The notes beneath the pieces are model-generated. The model had not been told where the DNA came from. It worked only from the letters and a program-made list of their open reading frames with translations, and did no database searches. DNA of 64,000 bases from Leucoraja erinacea. Its lineage: Eukaryota. Made by a program: the position numbers and the translations under genes. The stretch lies in the NCBI RefSeq assembly GCF_028641065.1, contig NC_073403.1:14260001-14324000 (forward strand), written 5' to 3'. Positions 22,630 through 35,000 of the stretch are shown here, piece by piece (the first letter of the stretch is position 1; the number at the start of each line of letters is the position of its first letter).

Positions 22630-25600
22630 GTAAGTCAAGTTTCATTTTAGTTCATGTTGTTCCTTATTTGTTTCAATACCCCATAGTTTCCTACCATGGA
22701 ATCAAACGGCACAGAAATGGGTTGTTTCAGCCAACATTATCCATGCAGACTGTGATGCCTATCTACACTAATTCCATTTGCTTACATTAGGCCAGCGTCC
22801 CTTTATGCCTTTTCTATCCAAGTAGTTGTCCAAATTACTTGGAACATTGTCAGTGTATTTGCCCTTACGATATTCTGGCGTCTTGTTCCAGATCACTACC
22901 ATTCTCAGTGTGAAAAGTTTACCCTTCAGATCTCCTTTAAATTTCTCCCATTTCACCTTGAAACCATGTTGTTTCAGTCTCGTCTGCAAACCAGCACATC
23001 TCCCACATTTCCTAAGTAAGTGGCTTCATCCAGTCGGATCCGAGAGTTGGAAAATGGAGACGGCCATTCTGTGAGGAGGGCCAGTGCGTTAGGTGGGGCC
23101 CAAGAGTCAGGTTAAGTCCCTCAAAATTATGTCCCTCATATTTTTATAAACATCTATAAGATTCTCCCCTTAGCCACACTTATTTCATGTTAGATCTATA
23201 TTTGGGGGTCATAATGCTGGGCAAAATCTTTCTCATCAAGATCCTGCTGTAAATCAGTTTTTCACTGGAAGAAAAAATGGCTGAAATATATGCAACAGTT
23301 ACGGATATCTTCTCAAAGGAACCAGAAATGGTTAGGAATCGGGTCAAATGAAAGCAACAAACTTTTTTTGTAAACAAAAGCCATTGTAAAGATTGAAGGT
23401 GATTGCAAGCTGACAAATCTAGATACCACCAACATTCTATCTAAAATACTCCAGAATAGTCAGTGATTATAATTAACAAAGGAGATGGAGAGAGAGAGAT
23501 ATAATTTCTCTATTGAATGCCTACTGCCTAACAACCAAATGTGTTTTGTCTGGTTCTGCACAAAGAGAACAGATGGCCACAAACTATAATTCACAAGGAT
23601 TCTTCTAATAATCAAAAACAGAAAAGAAAAACACCTGTATCTATTCCTCTAGTTTGAGGTTACCCTCCTCCATTGTGGCCTTGTATGATCCGAGTTGTGG
23701 AATTTGTTAAGTCATTACCTTCTGCCATTTCTGGTGGACAGGGTGGTATTCATCTTCATCATCTCTGTGACACTCACTGGAGGCAGGTTTTGGCATCTCC
23801 ATGGTGGTAGTGTGTGGTTCACAATGGTGTTTTTCATCTACCCCAGGGGTTCTTCAGCATTACATGCTGTTCATCTGGTTCTGATGTTGCAATTTGTTTA
23901 TTTTTAGCACAATGAAAGTTATGTAAAATATCACAGAAGTGTATAGTAAAGCTATTAATGGTGGTTCTCTTTTTGTTGCCATGTCTTTTTTTGGAATTGC
24001 TGCCCTAGCGGTGGGTGTCTGAAAAGCTAGGTGTCGAGAGCCTGCAGGACGTGGGACTATTTGGTGGTAAGTTATTGTGCCAATGTTGGCAGGCATAAAT
24101 TTACATTTCAGAAAACTGACAAAGTTTTGTCTGACACTGACATAGACATAGAAGTTGGTGTATGGGTTTGTTGAATCTCATCTAATGCCCCTGTCCCGCT
24201 GTACGAGGTAATTCAATTCTCCCGCGTTTCCCCTGATTCGAACTCGGAGAATTACGGTAATGGCCGTTCGTAGGTACTCGGGGCTCTCGTGGACATTTTT
24301 CACACTGTTGAAAAAACTTCACGAGTTTACCGCGTTTCCAGAACACCTGCCTTTAGTGTTGCGAGCTGCTAAGAGACGTTCCAAGCTCCGACGTACCCGG
24401 TAAGTACATTCTACGTACTTACCACAAGTTTGATTTTTTTTAAAACTCGGGAGACCTCTTGAATTACCTCGTACAGTGGGACAGGGGCTTTAGAGATCAA
24501 TTTGACACTTTCTCTCTGTCTGGGTCATGTCTGATTCAGATTAGTTTATTGTTATAGGGTGCAATGAAGCTCATAGAGAACAGTATACATGGTAACTTTC
24601 TTTCTTAATATCTTTGATGTTCTGAATGCAATTATGTTCATTTGTTGATTTCCCTTTTTATACACTTCTAGTTTGTTTCATAGAAACACCTGAAACATCT
24701 GATCAAATGCACATAATTAAATTAATCAATGAGCTAATGCAACATAAATACCATCATCTGAAGCAGATGAGTTACAAAGATCCACGATGTTTGTATTTCA
24801 TGGAAGGTCGAGACATCAAAATAAAATATTTGCGGTTATATTCAAACCTAAACATGTCTAGATTGAAACTTTCCAAAAGAGCTCCAAATGCATTTTAATT
24901 TTATTTATTTTTAACGTGGAATCAATGTGGATACCATATATCATCGGATTCTGTTCAGACAGTTGGTTCAGATGTTACATAGTCTAAGATTATAGTTAGC
25001 ATTTGCTTTTTCATTGGATGCAAAATAAACTTATTTATGCTGAAGTCCATTTGTGTCTGGTGCCTTTTCACTTTTAATGGTGTTGTAACCTTCAGCCTGT
25101 CAGTGCTCTAGCTCAATATTATATACTTGTATAATAACCTGGGTGAGATTCTTTGCATGATATCCCTACTTCCACAACCCACTTGCCAAAAGAAAATTGA
25201 CTTTCTTGATTTGACTCATATGATTTAAATAGTTTTTAATTTTCTTTACTGTTCAATATTTGCAATATGTTTCCCTGGTTCTCCTGTAAGACATAATTCT
25301 TTGTGTCTATATAAAGCTCTCATACCAATCAGTGAAGCTGATGCTTCCCAGTACTTATCTAAATGAACCCTCGACGATGGTTGTGGAATGGTTGAGTATT
25401 GCGTTAGTTGTTTGTCGTGATGAATTCTAGAAAATGCAGTAATTTCTTAGCCAGATGATCAGATCTGAAAGAGAAAATTTGGGATGCAATTTCTCTGAAC
25501 TTCTGAAAGCTTCCAGCATTTTCCATATTTGGCTTCAAATTTTTATTGTTCATTTTATTATTGAACTGACTGCAATATCCATCGTCACTCAGGTTATCAT

Positions 25601-25717
25601 GCTGGCAATCATGGTGTTCTCATTTTTCATGTAGTTGGGTTTTATTTCACTCCTTGTAAATTAAATCTATCCCGTCTTCCCGTTTCCTCCTCCCTCCCTC
25701 CCCCTTCACACCCTCCG

Positions 25718-25756
<39 letters not shown>

Positions 25757-26033
25757 TGCAAACGCTGTTGGGGAAACAGACCCAACGGGTCTGCACTTGG
25801 TCTAGTATTATATAAAAGTCTGTGGCTGCCGGCGTCCGTCCGGCTGCCTGTCTGCCTTTTGATTCGTTTCCATCGTGTGATGTCACAATGCCCAATGCTC
25901 ACATATGTCCAATCGGGATGGATCCATTTACATATGCCTTTGCACCAGCCCCAGCCAGATTCCCACCCCGCAACCGTGCTTTGGAGGAACAGACCCAATA
26001 GACCCAGGTGGTTAGTGTGACGCCGCACCTCAC

Positions 26034-26078
<45 letters not shown>

Positions 26079-29000
26079 AAACGCGCTTTGGGAAAACAGA
26101 CCCAACGGGTCTGCACTTGGTCTAGTAAACTTTAAAGTTGAATTACCCCATGAATTATGTTATTGGGAGTTAAAATTAAAGTTACCAATTACAATATGCA
26201 CACAAAATAAATGTGCAAAAATCACATTTAATATATTTCCTATATGTAGTAGTGTACACATGCACAATGTATAAATAGATTTTAATATTGAAGTGATTCA
26301 GAATATACTTTCTTTTTAATTTAGTGTAAAAAATGTGTGGATTATTTTTATGCCCAATACTGCAGTAATGAACATAGAATTGACCATGGAAACATCACTG
26401 AGAAATTAAGGCGGACATGTTGTAATGATTGTTCTTCATAATCATAATCGTAATTTATTAGCCAAGTATGTTTTGCAACATACGCGGAATTTGGTTTGCC
26501 ATACGCGGAATTTGGTTTGCCAAAAAAAGCAACAAGACACACAACTACATAAAAATGTGACATAAACCTCCACCACAATGCCCCCCCCCATTCACCACTG
26601 TGATGGAAGGCAATAAAGTTTTATCTACTTTCCTCCTTTTCTCCCACGGTCGGGGCGATTGAAGCTCCCGCAGCCGGCGATCGAAGCTCCTACGTCAGGG
26701 TGATTGAAGCTCCCGCGATCGGGTCGGTTGAAGCTCCCGCGGCTTGGAGCTCCCGAAATAAGGTCGCTGACCAGGGAAAGCAAGCTCCACGTTGTTAAGT
26801 CCGCAGACTTCCTCGGTTGGAGCTCTGAGGTCCCAGCAAGATGCCGCCAGTTCCACGATGTTAGACCGCAGTGCGGACGGAGATACGACACGGTAAAAAG
26901 TCGCATCTCCGTCGAGGAAAGAGATTTTAAAAAGTTTCCCCCACCACCCCACCACTCCCCCACATAATACAAAACGAAAAGTACACTAGAACATACATTT
27001 TACACCAAATTAAAAACAACAAAGAAGGAAAAAGACGGGACAGACCGTTGGCAAGGCAGCCATCGTACGTACCCCCCCCCCCCCCCCCCCGAGCCTTGTT
27101 AATGCTCATAGGGTAATAAATTTGTACAGGGAACAAATTGCAACGGTAGAGCCATAGAGTGATACAGTGTGGAAACAGGCCCAACATGCCTACACCGGCC
27201 AACATGTCCCAGCAACACTAGTCCAACCTGCCTGTGTTTGGTCCATATCCCTTCAAACCTGTCCTATCCATGTAACTGTCTAACTGCATCTTAAACGTTG
27301 CAATAGTCCAACGTAGATCAGATAGGATAACCAGTATCTGAGGGATGAAGTAATTTCCCCCAACTGCATTACCAGTTATTATGGTACATGTGGTAGTAAT
27401 TTTTGAATTGATAATCATGTGCAATTGCATAATATTGATGGTTCCATATTCCTCAGTAGCATGACTCGAGTGTATTCTTATGGTTCAAGATTATGTAATG
27501 GCACATCAGATAGTGACACAGTTTAAAAAGTCAACAGGAAAATGCACAATCGTGTCCATGTCTGTCACAGATTATAGATGTATGTAGCACAGGTTGTCCA
27601 GGGCGCTTCGAAAAAAGGTTTTCATGGCCTACACCGTGTCATTTTATTCAGTACCAAAATTGCTTTTTCACACCACCATTGGCAAATCAAGTTGTGTTGA
27701 GTGACATTTGGAAAAACAACTTGCTTCAGATCATGAAGGAATGAAATAATTTGGCCCACGTTTTTCTTCAAAATTATTCCTTTTGAATCTTTGTGTGTCA
27801 TTTTCTAACAAAGTAAGTTCAAAGCAAACACTCTGGATGGCCTGTATAATGTGCTCATATAATAGTTTTCAAGTGTAATTGTTTAATATTTTCCAAATAT
27901 ATGATGCTTTTGATACAGACTTTCATTTCATCTTGTGGGATTACGATAGTGTTTTGACAAAAATTTCCAACAAGCACTAAAGTAACACCATCTATTAATT
28001 TATAATACAATTATTGTCTTGTGAAGGGTGGTGAATCTCTGGAATTCTCTACCCCAGAAAATTTAAGCATTATCATTAAAATAAAGGTGAAGGTGCATTT
28101 TTGTAAGATTGTAGATTTGAGGGCTGTGTGGCTCTCCCAGAGGAAGAACCGAGGCCAGCATAAAGCAGATCATGTTGAATGGCAGGGGAGATTTGAGAGG
28201 CCAGATGGCCCAACCTCATTCATATTTTGTAATAGTCTTGTGAGGGAAGAAATTCCTTCCTTCACCTACTTGGTCAGACACTAATGAAACAAAAGCGAAC
28301 ACACAATACATCTAGAGCAAAAAAACCCCAAAAAGGCTTGCTGGTTCACCTGGAGTTCTTCCAGAGTTTGTCTTTTGCCCTTAAATAGGCAAAGTTGGAA
28401 AGATGCTGACCTGGTGGGTTGAAGGACCACTTTCTGTTCTGTATAAGTCTAAGATCTTTGCCTCGCATTACTCTGAAATTATGCTCTGCCCCCCAGTTCC
28501 AGATATCCCCATTAAAATAAACAACTTCTCTAAATCCATCCCGTCAATCCTACTTAGAATCTTATGTTTCAATCAGATTACTTGTCATTCTTCTAAACGC
28601 CACTGAGTATCAGTGCAACCTGGTCAAACTTCCTTTGTAAATAACCTTTTTCATCCAGAGCATCGACCTAGTGTGCCATGACTGTGCTGCCTCTTGTTTG
28701 AGTACATCCTTCTTTAAATATTAAAAGCAAAACTACCTACATCACCCCAGGTGTGGTCTCACCACCATGCTGTAAAGTTGCATTAAAACGTTGCTACTCT
28801 TATACTACGTGCAACTAGCCTTCCTAATTATTTGTCGCAATATGCTAACTTCATGTTTCATGTACATGATTTCACAGATCACTTTGCAATATTTGTGGTC
28901 TCATTCCATTTAAGTAATAATACGCCTTTTTTTTCCCATTCCAAAATGGAAAACCCGATCATTTCCCACGGTGCTTTTCATCTGCTTACTCATTTAATAT

Positions 29001-32000
29001 ACCTTTTTTTTTATCCTGCAGTCTCTTTGTGTCCATCTCACAATTTACTAACTCGCCTGCCTTTATATCATCAGTGGATTTGTATACAGTACAGTTGATC
29101 CTGTGTCATGGGCTTTAGCACCTGTGGCTCCCCATAAGTAACCTAATGCAATGAAAATTACTAATTTATCCTGGGTGGCTATTTTCTGTTAGTTGGATAT
29201 GGAGTCATATGGCGTAGAAACAGGCCCTTCAGCCCAGTTGTCCATACCGACCAACATGCTCCATTTACAGTAGTCCCATCTGTCTGCATTTGGCCCATAT
29301 CCCTGTAAACCTATCCTATCCATGTACTGATCCAAATGTGTCTTAAACACTGGGATAGTACCTGCCTCAACTACCTCTTCCGACAGCTCGGTCCATAAAT
29401 CTTCTCTGCACCCTTGCCATTGGATGACATCCTTGCTGATATATTAACACCAAATCTGTGTACTATTGTGCAGTGACTGTTTATGTAGCATAATAGAATG
29501 CTGAATCCTGAGCAAAATACCATCTGCTGTAGGAACGGCAGGTCAAGCAGCATCTGTGGAGCGAAACGAATGGACGCCATTTCAGGTCAAGACCTTTCCT
29601 CTGGGCTGGGTGTTGACCAGAAATCTTGACTTTCTGTTTCCCTCCACGAATGCTGTTTGACTGGCTGAATTCTTAGAGCTGATTGCTTTTTCCACTACAT
29701 GGCAGGTAGACAACTTTAAAAGCACTGTGTGAATTGGGCAACCATAAGTGATTTTGTGTGTAGTCTCCAAGCTTTCCCACCAACCAGAATTCATATTTGC
29801 AGTTCTCATGAAGGATTATTGACCTAAAACGTTGACTGTCTCTGTCCACAGCTGCTGCTTACCTATTGTGTTTTCCCAGCATTTTCTGTATTCAACACTT
29901 ATAGGTTTGCTCAAAAATCAACAAACTGCAGTTTTTTGATTTACAATCAAGATAAAAGATAGAGATGAGTTAGAATTGTTGTGTGTCTTTTGGAACTCCC
30001 TGAACTCCCTGTCCAGAGTCATTAAGTAATTTCAGGGCTTGGGTAGACATTGAACTGCAGGGTATAAGGCAAGAAATGAACTCATTAGTTTGATCTTAAA
30101 AAATCATGAAGAACATTCAAGGAGATCCGTTGCCAGCACCCATTTCATAATTTTGGGTGTTTTTGGAAACGAGCTGCAAATTTCATTTGTTGCCTTCACC
30201 TGGAGGATTTGATACCTGTGGGTAAGGAAATATGTATGGTTGGATGGGTATTGTTGGCCTTTTTCTTGTGCTGTTTTCGGTGTCTTTGTCTCTGGAGTAA
30301 TTCATTTATCATCCATACCCTTCAACTCATTTGCAGCCAACCCTTTCTTGGCTACAACAATGATCTCTTATATATGTTATCCTTGCTACTCTAGGCTTTT
30401 CCCTCGTGCTCTTGTTTCCCTTTCATGAATCCTCATGAAACAATTCTTGCAACATAAAAATGATGCAAGTTGCAACGTAAAAATGGTGCAAGTTTTTCTC
30501 TTCCCACATGTGATGTGATTTACTTTGGATGCATGCAGCAGTCATGCAGGCAATCCACTTTAGTAGTTTAATCTAAATGGTGTCTCGACATTATGGGAGG
30601 GAAACTTTGTGATGTTTTAAATGTATGCTGTATTTCCTATTTTCAATCATTTGCAACCTATGCTCTGATCTCTTAGCATTCTATAGTATTGTTACACATT
30701 TATTCTGTGGTAATGGTCATGCCGTTTTTTTATACATGGAGACTGTAATGTCCATGTGAGAAGGACACTTTGATTATTAAATCATCTGACACCAAATTCT
30801 CATCCTTCAATTACCATAATTATTGATAAAAGGCAGTTTAATAACTCTCATCGATCTATAAATCTCGCACCATATGGCAGTGACTTGGATTGATGACACC
30901 TATGGTCAGGTTTACCAGCCTTGTTTACTAGTTGTTTTGCCCTAATATTAAAAATCAACTTAGTTTCTTTGCTTTAGAGCGGCCTCGAGCGGAGTATCAC
31001 AGGAAGGTGAGTACTCTCCACCAAAAGGGTGTCTTGTGTTGATTGCATGTGAACCTTTGTGCAGTGTGGTATGTGACTCTGACTACAGGAAATATAAGGT
31101 TTGATCTCCTGCATGTCAGACATTTGCTGCAAAGCATTTTACTTTGGTGTTCACATTTCATAGCAACTTTGGTTTTGTTTCTGCATGGGGCAAGTTTGTT
31201 ATACACAGTGTAAAAAAGGGGCGTTTAGCCCAACCCATGACCCTCCCTCCTTGCATTCCTTTTCACCCCACGCTATCCAGATGTCCTTGTACTTATCCAG
31301 TTTCCTCTACCTCAGGCAGTCTGTGTGGAGGAAGTTGCAATTTCTCACAACTCTGGATTTGACGCTGACTGGTTGATTGTCTAGTTTTGGCTCTCTTTGC
31401 AAGATTTGTACACATTTACCCATTTAAACTGCTTTAGATTTATGTATTTGTGTTGCACCAGTTGCCTTTCTATAAAAAAAAAACTACCAGCTTGTTAAAG
31501 TTTTTGATTTATCATCTCTCGGTTCTTGCTATCATCCATATAGGTCATTGCATTTACACCTTTTCCATTGTACAAATTTCCATTGTTGTTTCCGGGGCAG
31601 TTCATTTTGCTGTACTAAATCCATAATACAAATCCTAAAACACTTTGAAATTTGGGAAATAATTGATTGCAGTTGCTCAACTAAGCACCTAAGCCCAAGG
31701 AAAGGGAGCTCTGCCAAATTCTGCTGTATATCTGAATCCTCTCATGACCCATGGCAAAATCCTTCACAATGCTAAGCTTCAGAACCTTCTTGTGGGCTGT
31801 GCTTTTGTGCAGCAGCTACCTTTTTACACATTTCTAGGATTTGTAGAAAATCAAAAAACTGCAGATGTTGAAGATCTGAAATAAAAACAAAATGCTGAAG
31901 CATTCAGCAGGTTAATGGTTAGCATTTGAAGATGGAGACCCTTTGGCAGAATTTAGTAAGTGAAAAAACACATTATGTATAAATTTGCTAGAGAGTTGGA

Positions 32001-35000
32001 TGGATAAAATAAATATTCCATGATGGGGTAAAATTAGGGTTGCCATCTGATGGATTATGGATGAGGTCACTTAGTCGGGTTAATGAGGGCAATTAGAACA
32101 AAGCAATGTAAAAGTTGCAAAGTGCAGAGCGATGGGTCATATCGGCAGGTCAGGCTGTGCAAACAGGGAGACAAAACAAACAATGGATGACACTCGGCAG
32201 AACCAGCCAGTTCTGATGCTGAGAAAAAGCAAGTTATCTAAAATTACAGAATTTAATATTGAGTTGAGATAGCTGCAAAATGTCTGGCAGAAGTTGAGTT
32301 GCAATTCCATAAGATTGCATTGGGCCTTGTTATAACAGTGTAGGAGGCTAGACAAAAAGATTAGAGTGGAAATGAGACTGAAAATTAAAGTGGCAGACAA
32401 CTGTGTTCTGAACTGCCCTTACTGGTTGAATTACGGTGTCCTACATTGCGTTTGTACTGAGTGGAGTGCAGAGCCATTTCAGAGTGCAGTTAACTGTAAA
32501 TATCACTTTGAATCTTGAGACAAAAAAGATAATTTCCTTTGCAGGTAGGTTTTTAAGACATCTGACTTTATTGACATTAACTTTAAACTCCCCTGTTACT
32601 GAGGTAATTTAATCTTTTGGATGTGTCATCTAGAATCACTATTTCTGCACCGAAACCATATGCCAGACATTGAATTACTGATTGAGATGCAGAACTGCAA
32701 GAGTTTTGACAATTTCCAAGTGAGAAAAATTATAACTGGCAGGTGACACTGCTGCACCTCTGAGCTCCAGCTTGGAAGCCGAAGACAAAGATGCTGTCAG
32801 CTGAGAATAGTGCACCATGTCAGGATGAGGTGGCTAAATGTGATAGAAAAGAAACCAGACAAAACAACGAAAGCTTTACAATTTATTGGATTAAGATTGC
32901 GATTTCATTTAATTTTTTTTCATATAAAGATTACCTTTCTTTAAAGATGTGTTCCTAGCCAGGAGTTATTAACACATATCAGAACCTGAGAGGATAGAGC
33001 ATGGCCCCAAATCTGGATAAGTACAACCGTCCAGCGATCAGCATTTCCATGGAATTGTCCAGTACTGTCCGAGCCAAAGCTGTTGATGATCTGCATTTTC
33101 TTTATTCTTAAAATCATCTCTGATCAGAAACGCAAACAGAAAATGCTGGAAACTCTCAGCAGGTCAGGCAGCATCTGTGGAAAGAGGCGGTAAAAAGTAG
33201 ACTTTAACAGGGAAGGTGGGTGTACTGTTGAAAGGGACATGGCATTGATTGGTTGAAAGATACAGCATGGAAACAGGCCCTTCGGCCCACCAAGACCATG
33301 CTGACCAATCATTGTTCACACTAATTCTATATGATCTCACTTTTTGCATCCCCTCCCAACACACCAGGGTCAAATTACAGGGGCCAATTAACCTACAAAC
33401 CCACACTTTGGGATGTGGGTGGAAACTAAAGCATCCGGAGGAAACACATGCAGTCACAGGGTGAACGTGCAAACCAAAGATCCTATAGCTCCGCTATAAG
33501 ATCTTTGGTGCAAACTACACACAGAGCTCTGGCGCACTGGGTCTCTGGTGCTGTGAGGCAGCCGCCCTACATCTGTGATAGGTTGAGGCCTGCGTTGCTA
33601 TGAAGATGAGTTATTAATGGAGCATTTAGAGGGGGACAAAGAAATGTGATGTGTTGCAAATAGTCGTCAGGCTGTGTTAATGGAGAGGGGAGGGGGAACC
33701 AGAGCCAAAATCTCAGTTGAATGACAAGCAAAAATGGCAGCTCCCATATGGACAGAGAGAGTAAATATTCAGAAGTTGGAAAATTTGGTATTGTATCAGG
33801 AATACTATTTATTGTGTAATAACAGCAGAGATGAAGCTGTTCCTGAATCTGGTGGTACATGTTTAGCTGGTGAAAGCAATTGCCTGTGATTTTTTTTTTT
33901 TAATTCTAACTGCGGTGGGAAGCTATGTTCAATGTTCCTTCAAAATATGGCCTCCTAGGTGCTGCACTCCTTATTAGCACTAGATTCATGGCTCTGTGCC
34001 GAGCTGGAACTCTCTTCATTAGGCTGATCTGGAGATCTGAGCCAAAGTGTATTTGCTTTAAAAAATAGCTATTTTTGCTTGAATTTTGTTTGGGGTGTGG
34101 TGGGGGAAGGACTTTGTAAAAAGTGCTCTAAGTGCAAACTGATATCTTGAGTAAGTTTCTTTTATTTCACTTTAGTGGCTCTCTGATAGGCTTGTTTATT
34201 ATACACTGCTTGCACTGATGACATTGTTGCGCCTTGTGCTGTACTGCTTGATATTAAGCTCTACCACGCCCTTGCTGTGAATTTCTGCCTGGTTATTCTG
34301 TAGCGTGAGTCATTGACTAAGGTCAATGAGCCCATTGTAGACTCCTTTGCACCCCTGTGCATGGATGCTGTTTGCCTAATCCCATTCTTCAGCTTTTTTA
34401 TAGTTAGTGGAAATCTTTTACTTTTCTTTGATGAAATATTGTGTGGCAGAGTGCTAGGCTTAAAAGCAGGAAATTCCCTCAAAGGAAAGCATTATTCTTG
34501 CTGGTCTGTTTGCTCACCTAGTGAGTGGGTTCCACTTCCAGTAGCAGATCATCCGCATGGCAGGACAAACAAGAATGATGCATGATCCTTTGATGCAAGG
34601 AATTTAACCTCCTCACCCCTCTTTGAATAAAAATGAAGAATGGATAATGAGTAGAAACTAGCTAATAGCTCAGCTTTTAGCAAAATATTTAGCCTGCGAG
34701 AATCAATAAGTTTATTATAGATGGGCTTTAAGGGATTTCAAGGGGTAAAACTCAAAGGATGTGTGAGCTGCTTATGTAAGGTAGGGAGCAAGGTGATGCA
34801 CTGTGGGAGAACATAAGAGTAAAAACACTGGCCGCTTATGCGTGCTCTGCTATTCAATTATGTTTGTTGCTCTTTCATGCTCTCTGCTCCAGTTCCTTCA
34901 TTATCCAGACACGGTCATATCCATAAGAATGCTAACATTATATGTTTGAGTCTCACATGTGGCTTGAACTGATAGCCTACAAGGGGAATGTGAAATCACT

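Noticed and set aside
25642-26274. Poly-Gly/poly-Pro ORFs
   Set aside because: Translation of poly-C homopolymer tracts, which also occur at ~276-302, ~8232-8274, ~27071-27090 and as poly-G at ~63157-63213. Tract lengths may be sequencing artefacts.
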